A stretch of DNA of 32,285 nt from Jimgerdemannia flammicorona. Lineage: Eukaryota. The DNA lies in contig RBNJ01000356.1 of NCBI GenBank assembly GCA_003990765.1, positions 1-32,285 on the forward strand, given 5' to 3'. The stretch's first letter is position 1. Each line of letters opens with the position of its first letter. The translations under genes and the position numbers were made by a program. The notes under the pieces are model-generated. The model did not search any database, had not been told where the DNA came from, and saw nothing but the letters and a program-made list of their open reading frames with translations. This document shows, one piece after another, positions 24,701 through 32,285 of this stretch.

Positions 24701-25055
24701 ACCTAAAAATCTGAAAAGAATATCTTATATAATAGTAATAATAGTAGTTTGAGAGAGAAATTGATTGAAATATATTTATAGTTTCCAGTACTATACTGTA
24801 GAGTAGAGTACAATGAGTAGAGATGAGAAGTATTACATAATATCAAGATTAGAGATAGTATGAGAAGCAGTTTAAAGTAGTTTTGTGGTATTTTCAGTAT
24901 GGAAAAAATCATATAATACATATATATCAATTTTTGAAGATAATAAAAAAAGGTAGATATTATATATAAAATCCAAAATAATTAATTTTTATTTTATTAG
25001 AGAATACTATATATGTCTAGTTACCTAATATCACTTTATTCTATATAGTATCTAT

Positions 25056-26655
25056 TGTGGCGTTCATTATGTATAATGAACTTCGACTGCATGGCTCAAT
25101 GTGTGCCACTTGGTGAAGCACGCGATATATATAACTGAGTGCGTTGGTGACATTCGTGGCAGTTATGGGTCGATGGTCACGTGACAGGTCGTTCGATTTG
25201 TGCGGTAATAATAGCGGGAGGTCGTTCGATGATAGTGGGCTCAGGACGTCGATGGCTCAATTGTTTAGTGGAAAAGGGTGTTGTTGCTAACAGAGGGCGG
25301 TTACTTGAATTTATGCGGTGACGACGGGCTTGCTCTTTATGCGGTCAATTAAAGCGGGCGACGGTTTTGACTTTAAGCCGTTCGTGGCGCAGTAGGTTGG
25401 GAATCGGAGAAGCGGAGGTTGACGGCTCGCTCCTCCATCTTGGTTTAACTTGAAAGGTTCCTGGCAGTCGTTCGGGTCTTTGGTAGCGGTCTTGTATCCT
25501 TTGGCTGGGTAACTTGGGTTCCTTGGGTCTTTTAGCTGTGGTGCCGGGGTCTTGAATCTCGAATGGCGGTCGAATTGTGCGGTCCGAATGGCGGCTTTCC
25601 TTAGCGGCGGGTCTTGAACGTTTTCTTTCCATGGCAAGAGAAAATTCTTTAACTCAAACTTCCGAGCGATCCATTGCTCTAGGTTGTTATCTTGTTCTCA
25701 GAATTTATCCAGTCTCTTGGAGGCAGTGTGTTTTCTCTTTAAAGATAGGGACCTCTTGGGCTTCTTCTTGATTTGGTTCCCAAATGATGAGATGTGAATT
25801 GTGGCTGACAGAGTGGTGGGTGGTTGGGGTAGCTCCAATGAGTGCTTCTATGGTAATGGGCGGTCCTTCAAATATCTCCATAAGACTCATTAGATGACCT
25901 TGATGGTTGTCTCGGAGTGGGGTGGTATGGAAACCTGGTTGAGTAGGTTCGGTTTGTTGACTTCCTACAGTGACACGGTTGCTGCCAATAGAGTTGGCTA
26001 CTTCAGATTCTATCCAGTCTGCATCTTCAGTTGAGAGACGAGCAAGACTTCCAGCGGTTACTCCTTGTAAGTGTGCTATAGCCCAGGGGATATGGCGGAA
26101 GATTTGGTGGACACGGAGGGCTCTCTTGATTAGCTGGCTAGTGGTTAACAACTTGGTAATGAGGCCTTCCCAGTCATCTTCTTGGGTTTCATTACGAAGA
26201 TGGTGTCCAATTTCATAGTCATACCAGAGGGTCATTTGTTCAGTAGTGTCTTTGAGCTGTTGGGTCATTATATACCGGTAGTTGATGAAGTATCCAAGGT
26301 CCTCGGTATAGAAGTTCAAGTGTTCGGAAGTATCTGGGCGCCAGATGGCCTTCTTGATAGCTTCAAAGATCAGAGTCTTTGGGCCGGGCAAAGGGGTAGA
26401 GCAGCAGGAGGTCTGGTTGGATTGGCGAATGGGAGGCATTGTGTGGTGGGTACTTGGTTCTTTGGTGCTGATCCCTGAGGCAGAGTATGGTTCCTTAAAT
26501 AACATGGTCTTCATTTTGGCTCGGATTATCTTGTCTTCTTTTGGTGAAATCACTTGATGGATTAGGCTGGTCACCAGTTATCGCACCATAATGTCGTCTG
26601 ATCTTATAGTCACAGGGTACTCCGAATTTGGATAGGGTCAATTGTAGATGTCACA
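25056..26655 (-). repeat. Gypsy-2 3' LTR (~1.6 kb, inferred from a single copy)
   Basis: Starts TGTGACAT after the PPT-like AAGGGGCAGA and ends ACGCCACA (imperfect terminal IR) at the compositional boundary. Confidence 0.72.
25705..26439 (-). CDS. LTR-encoded uncharacterised protein (244 aa from MPPIRQ; open frame extends to 26574)
   Basis: Uninterrupted ORF, homologous to the Gypsy-1 LTR ORF (IFEAIKKA, WYDYEI, RVHQIFRH.PW, LMEIFEGP). Confidence 0.78.
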   Translation of the reverse strand: MPPIRQSNQTSCCSTPLPGPKTLIFEAIKKAIWRPDTSEHLNFYTEDLGYFINYRYIMTQQLKDTTEQMTLWYDYEIGHHLRNETQEDDWEGLITKLLTTSQLIKRALRVHQIFRHIPWAIAHLQGVTAGSLARLSTEDADWIESEVANSIGSNRVTVGSQQTEPTQPGFHTTPLRDNHQGHLMSLMEIFEGPPITIEALIGATPTTHHSVSHNSHLIIWEPNQEEAQEVPIFKEKTHCLQETG

Positions 26656-26980
26656 TCTGCCCCTTGCAAAATTAGAGCCGTTCTTGGCAGTGAGGGTTAC
26701 ACAGAGTTGGGTGGTCTTAACTCCAGAGATGAGCAGAATGCTGGCGCATTTGTGAGGACTGGCCATCCTTGTCTAGGGCGAGGGCTCCCATAGTCGCGGC
26801 TGGGGGTTCGAACCCATCAGAAATAGTATTACTTGTAATCTGAGGCAATTTCTTAGTAACAATATCTGTCACGTAGATGGGCTTGAGTCTGGTTCCAACG
26901 TTGTTGGCTTTCTTGAGTTCCAAGTGAAACATCCGTCGTATCTCCAGCGGAGGCGACACAGACAGAGTGAATAGAATTGT

Positions 26981-28201
26981 TCAAATGCATTTTGCTTCTC
27001 TTGAGTAGTAGAGTCTTATGCAGTTGTGATGTATCTTGGTCTTGAGTATAGCTCCATCCAAGGTCTTGAGTTGATAAGTGTGGTTCGAGGATACTTGGTG
27101 TATGAGATAGGGGCCTTCCCATTTTGGTTCAAGCTTGGCACTCCAATTTCCTTCTATGATGGTATGGTACACCAGAACCTTTTGCCCAATGAGCAGGGGT
27201 TCGAGGTCGGCTTTGCAGTCATAGTACTTCTTTTGGTGTTCTTGTGCCTTGGCGATAAATCCTTGTGCTTGCTGGCGTATGTCATGTAACCAGGTGATCT
27301 CTTCTGTAACTCATTTTGACAAATCTAGCTGGACTGGTTCAGTAGGATCTTGTGCTTCTCAGCCATACACCAAGTAGAAGGGGGTCTGTTGGATAGCGGT
27401 TGCCTTAGAGGTACGGATGCTGAACAGAATTGCTGGTAGATAGATATCCCAGTTTAGTTGATCTCTGGTTCTACTGAGACCTTGCTTGATGGTCTGGTTC
27501 ATTTGTTCAGTGAGTCCATTCGCCTGTGGGTGATAGGCTGTTGTTGGTCGTAGCTTGATCTTGAAGTTGCTTGCAAAGGTCTTCATGGCTTGGTTGACGA
27601 ATTCTCGGCCTTGGTCTGTAATGATTTCCTTGGGCACACCATGGCGGCTGAAAACTTCATCATACAGGATCCCAATAATTGTCTGAGCATCAGCAGTCTC
27701 AATGGCAAAGGCTTCGGGCCATTTTGTCAAGTGGTCTTCAATAGTGAGAATGTAGCATCTTCCTCAGCTGGTTACTGGTAGGGGTCCAATAATGTCTATT
27801 CCCAGTCTTTGAAAGGCTCTGACTGATGCTGCGATCGGTATCAATGGTGCTCTGTCGGTAGGCTTTTGTTGGTATCTTTGGCAGGTATCACATTGTTGAA
27901 TGTGCGTTGAAATTTGTTTTCTCATCTTGGGCCACCAGTATCACTTCTTGATTCTTGCAATTGTGGCACCAATTCCTCGGTGTGCATTTTGGTCATGATT
28001 TGTTATCAGGATCTTCAATATTTCTTCTTCTCTTGGAACTCGGGTGTACTGCTCTCCTTCTACTCTCCAAAGTTCGCCATTGCCTTCTTGGAATTTCTTG
28101 AAATTCCTTTGGATAAACAACTTGTGGGCTGGTTGGATTCCTTTCTTGAAGCTTCTATGGTGCAGGCTCCAGGTGAGGGCAAGGTGCAATTCTTGGTTCA
28201 T
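26981..28201 (-). pseudogene. pol: Gypsy-2 integrase with GPY motif
   Basis: HDQNAHRG...CDTCQ, LGIDIIGPLP, TKWPEAF, ITDQGREF, YHPQANGLTE, KLEPKWEGPY. Confidence 0.93.
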
Positions 28202-28269
28202 TTGGGTGAGCAGGAAGCAGCCTTCTCTTGTGGGGGCTCCTTCCCTTCTTGTTGGTTTCGCAGGGTTCT

Positions 28270-29560
28270 TAACAGGGTATCGACATTGGAATTCTTAGCA
28301 CCTTTCTTGTAGACAATAGTGAACTGATATTCTTGCAGAGACATAATTCATCTAGCAAAGATTCCTGAGGGCTCCGGCTTATTGAACAACCATTATAGAG
28401 CTTGATGATCAGTGATGAGGGCAAATCTCTTTCCTAAGAGATAGTGTCGGAAGTGGTCCACAGCCCAAACTACAGCTAGGCATTCCAACTTAGTGGCTCC
28501 ATAGTTCGCTTGTGTTTCATTTGTGGCCTTGCTAGCATATTCGATAACATGCTCCCTCTTCTGGTCATCTTGCTGAGACAGAATTGATCCAAGTCCTAAG
28601 GCTGAGGCATCAGTTGCCAGGATGAATGGTTTGCCAAAGTCTGGTCGCACCAGGACAGGGGCTTCGGTAAGGGCCTTCTTGAGTAGGTCGAAAGACTTTT
28701 ATTGTTCTTCTTTCCAGTAGAATGGTTGGTCCTTCTTGGAGATATCTTGGAGAGGTACTGCCTTATCGGAAAACCTTGGGATGAATCGTCGATAGTAGGA
28801 TGCCAGCATAAGGAAAGATAGAGTCTCCTTTGCTGAGGTCGGGGTTGGGTAGTTCTTGACTTTCTCTACCTTGCGGGGGTCAGCATGTGTTCCTTGAGCT
28901 GAGACAACATATCCCAGATATTCGACTTGATGTTTTTCGAAGAAGCACTTGGCATTGAGTCTGAGTTCTGAATTTCAAATGGTATTGAATACTTCATGGA
29001 GGTCTTGCAAATGCTGCTTGAATGTCTCAGAGTAGATGATTACATCATCTATGTACACCAGTACATTTCTTCCAATGAGGTCTCGGTAGACATAGTTCAT
29101 CATTCATTGGAATGAGGCAGGTGTATTGCAGAGTCCAAAGGGCATTCGTAGGTATTCGTACTGTCCTCGTCTGGTGATGAAGGCCATCTTGCAGATATCT
29201 TCTTTGGCAATGGGTATTACTTGGAATTCTTGGAACTGGTCAGTAGTGGTCATGTACTTGGCTTTTCCGAGGGCATTGATGAGGTCATCAATTCTTGGCA
29301 GTGGGTAGGCGTCTTCTGTGGTGACTTTGTTGAGTTTTCTGAAATCCACAACCAATCTCCATCCTCCTTTCTTTGGTACTATGATTGCTGGTGAAGCCCA
29401 GGGGCTTGATGATGGTCTAATGACTCCATTTCATAGCATTTCATCTATGTGTTGTTGTTCGAATTCAATCAGATGATGTGGTGTTTGGTAGGGTCGTTGT
29501 CGGATTGGTCTTGCATCTCCAGTATGTATAGGGTGTTCTCCATATTGATATGGTGGGAAG
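28270..29560 (-). pseudogene. pol: Gypsy-2 reverse transcriptase + RNase H
   Basis: SSPWASP, VDFRKLN, DAYPLPRID, RMPFGLCN, VYIDD, YLGY, LATDASALG, TKLECLAV, TDHQAL. Confidence 0.95.
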
Positions 29561-30095
29561 TTATTATATGTGGTGGTAAATATATCTTTGTACTCCTCTA
29601 TCAACTCCTGTATTTGTTGTTGCTGGTCTTTGGTTAGAGTTGTCTCAATGTCGACAGCTTTGATTGCTGAATTTGCTGAGTCTTCCTCCCTGGTACCATC
29701 AGTCTCACCGGAGAGGGCTTGCCATTTCCCAAGAATTCGAAGACTTCTTCTTCGTAGGTGTCTATCAGTGGTTCAAAATATCCCAGTGTTGTTCCCTTGG
29801 GGATAGTTATCACTTCGAAGCCCAAGTTTCTGATAGGGATGTGGATCGGTGACATCTGGTCATGAATTCATTCTTCAGCCAGGAGGATGTGGTATTCCTT
29901 TTGAAGCTCCAGTGATGGTGCAAATATCAAGTTGTTTGCTTCTACTGGTAGGTGCACATCTAGGCCTTTTTGCTGGTAGGGCTGCAGGAGGATGTCTTCT
30001 CTTGCTTGGATTGGGTGGCAGATATGGGGTCTCATTTGTCGAAATTGAGCAACTGTTGCCAAATGAGCCTCGATAGGTGGTGTCCGTAGATTTCT

Positions 30096-30510
30096 ATTGG
30101 TGCTTCCAAAGTCTCCTTGTCCTCTGTTGGTATCTTCTAGTTGGTCTACCTCTTGAATGGTTGGCTGTGATGTCTTGATAAACAGGATTTGGCAGATGGC
30201 TTCCATAGGACTGAAGAATCGGCTGGTTCTACTAGAATTGCGGATAATGACCTTCAAGGGACCTTGGTAGTCCTGATCGATGACTCCTCCTTCTACTGTG
30301 ACTCCTTTGGTTGCCAATGAGGATCTTGAGGCCAATTGTCCATAATGCCCAGGTGGTATAGCGAGTGTGATCTGTAGGTCAAAAGTCCTGGTACTTCTGG
30401 GTCGGATTCTTGCTTGGTAGGGGAGGCAGAGGTCATAGCCAACTGATCCTTCTGTTTGTGCAAGAGGTGGCTGTGCCCAGGGGGAAAGCAGCTTAATCTG
30501 GATAATTGGT
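30096..30510 (-). CDS. dut: Gypsy-2 dUTPase domain (all five motifs, uninterrupted)
   Basis: GSVGYDL, ASRSSLA, GGVIDQDYQG, AICQI, RGQGDFGST. Confidence 0.93.
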
Positions 30511-30569
30511 TGGGCTTTGAGAAATGGCACTTCAGCTGTTGCCATTGCAGGTGAGAAGTCCATGCGCTC

Positions 30570-31560
30570 TGGTTTGAAGAAAGGTCAGTAAGCTCCTGTC
30601 TTTGAGTTTCTTGTGTAATTGAATCCAGTCTTTCCTAGAGGGTCCAGAGCTTCCATAAGGATGAAGGTAAGGTTGACACCTTCTTTTCCTTGATGAGGCA
30701 ACAGTACCAGCAGATGATGGCAAGAACCTCTAATGGTAGGTCCCAGATAGAGGTCTTGCTCTTGAACTTGCAATCTCCTTCATGGTTGATTTCTTTGCAC
30801 TTCCGACAGGCCCAGCGAATTCGAGGTTCTTGCAGGGTGGGATCCTTTCTCTTGACTCGGCTCTTGTAGGCATCTTCGCTGAGGTGAACATCTCGATGTT
30901 CATACCAGTAGCAGGTAAAGGTTTTTCCACAATCACAATGTCCCTTCTTGACAAAGTCTTCATTTCGCTGATTGATCTCCTTACTGGTAGGGAATCTCTT
31001 CCAATACTTGTCATAGGTGGGCTGTGTGATCTGAAGGGCCCGAGTGATAGTGTAAGAGCTGTTGCCTTCTCCTTCGATGGTGAGGGACTCGAATGTTTGG
31101 CGGCCAAGGATCTTCTGTCCTTCCTTATAGGTCTTCTTGAAGGTCTTCGGGGTTGGAGGTTATATTCGGCTGTGGGATGGTGCTTGCTTCAATTCGTCCT
31201 TGTCATCAATTTCTGGCATTGGAACCTTCTTGAGATCCAGGATTCAGCAATTGCTACAATCATCTCTTGGTGAGTGGAAGCTGATGAAATGTTCACATAT
31301 GCCTCGACGAAAGGCTCGCATGATCCGATTTTCTACCAGTGGTGGTGGTGGTTGAGCAGAAGGTCCTGCAAACTCAAGTGCTGCCCTTGCATTAATGGCT
31401 CTATCAATGCTTTCTTCCAGGCCTTCAACACCAATAACTCCAATGAAAGAGTCTTCTTGTTTGCTTTCTTGATCCCTTGGGGCATCGAAATTACTTCCTA
31501 GTTCTTGCAGGAAATTGGCCTCGCTTTCATCCTCAGTAGTAGTGGAGGTGTCACCATGTC
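30570..31560 (-). other. Pol insert between protease and dUTPase with three Cys/His motifs and an F-box-like motif
   Basis: In the protease frame: CEH-x10-CSNC, CDCGKTF..EHRDVH, CRKCKEINHEGDC, SIWDLPLEVLAIIC.Y. Confidence 0.55.
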
Positions 31561-31619
31561 CTTGCTATTCTGTTTCTGAGGCTTGATTCGTCTTTTTGGA
31601 TAATCCTTTCGAGTCAATG

Positions 31620-31970
31620 GGCACCTTGTGCTTCTGTCCGTGAATGGAGAAGACCAGGAGTTGTTTCTTGATATCTACATTGGCTCCAACTCGGCTTAAC
31701 CAGTCAGTTTCCAGGATCAGGTCATAAGAGGTTGCGGGGGTCACGACGGCTTTGGGTACATTGAGGCAGGCCTTTCCAACTTGAATGGGGATGTCTCTGA
31801 CAAGTCCAAGGGGTGTGGAAGCTGATCCGTCGGTCATGATAACTCTTGCTTTGGTTCCTTCATCTATTCCCCATCCGATTTGCTCCAACATCCTTTAGGT
31901 GATGATGCATACTACTGCTCCAGTATCGATGAGAATTCTAGCATTTTCACCATGCACTTTTCCATTGGCG
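31620..31970 (-). pseudogene. pol: Gypsy-2 aspartic protease domain
   Basis: ILIDTGAVVCII, one TAA, then MTDG and YDLILETDWL. Confidence 0.9.
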
Positions 31971-32285
31971 AGTCTTGTAGATTGATGTTCATGTCGCTGG
32001 CTCTCATGGACCATGTGGATAGTGCTAGATTCTTGAGTGTGTAGTCCTTGGACTGGAAGTCTCTTGGTATCTTCCTTGGCTTCTTTCAGGAATTTTCGCC
32101 TGACCTCTGGTGCATTCTTGAGGACTTGCTCAACTGTAAGACCAGCATTCTGTAGGCGGATATGTTCCCAAAGTGAGGCTGCTGCATGGGGCTTGCTGCT
32201 TCTTCGGTGTCTTGGTCCCTTGGGGTGTAGTCTCTCATTCCTGATGGGCATTTCATCAGCTGAAGATTCTATGCTCATATGCTCA

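Larger units (their letters stand above)
25056..32285 (-). mobile_element. Ty3/Gypsy LTR retrotransposon Gypsy-2 (PR-insert-dUTPase-RT-RH-IN-3'LTR), 5' part beyond window
   Basis: Gypsy domain order, PPT and TG...CA LTR. Sharp GC/CpG rise at 25056. Confidence 0.94.

Noticed and set aside
22795..24930. Short hydrophobic AT-rich ORFs (22795-23037, 24371-24553, 24703-24930)
   Set aside because: By-products of TpA-rich decayed TE sequence, with no evidence for host genes.
25311..25637. 108 aa and 95 aa ORFs in the Gypsy-2 LTR
   Set aside because: Overlapping frames in GC-rich sequence with no counterpart seen in the Gypsy-1 LTRs.
30782..31273. 163 aa plus-strand ORF and the minus-strand 30730-31107 ORF
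   Set aside because: Off-frame or antisense to the pol frame that carries the Cys/His motifs.

Overview
This is a gene-free, nested transposable-element cluster, most likely from a fungal genome (Mucoromycota/Glomeromycotina is plausible but is inference only). From left to right it holds the following. (1) An L1/Tx1-type LINE (minus strand, 5' end at 5104) abutting the 5' part of a related LINE (5105-5946). (2) A degenerate dUTPase-carrying Ty3/Gypsy element (Gypsy-1, plus, ~5947-13002) with a 1.56 kb 3' LTR. (3) A heavily decayed older Gypsy gag-protease relic hosting a DD34E Tc1 transposon with 219 bp TIRs, a 1.26 kb polyA/TSD retroposon and a micro-insertion. (4) Two more LTR copies related to Gypsy-1 (minus). 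(5) A decayed Ngaro/DIRS-type tyrosine-recombinase retroelement. (6) A younger dUTPase-carrying Gypsy (Gypsy-2, minus, 25056 to beyond the window end). Elements show graded C-to-T erosion, with CpG lost first and then CpA/TpG. The most notable signal is that both divergent Gypsy families encode a homologous, uncharacterised ~245-280 aa protein entirely inside their long LTRs, in the putative U3. Gypsy-2 also has Zn-finger and F-box-like motifs plus tandem dUTPase folds inserted in pol. All alignments and translations were done by eye.
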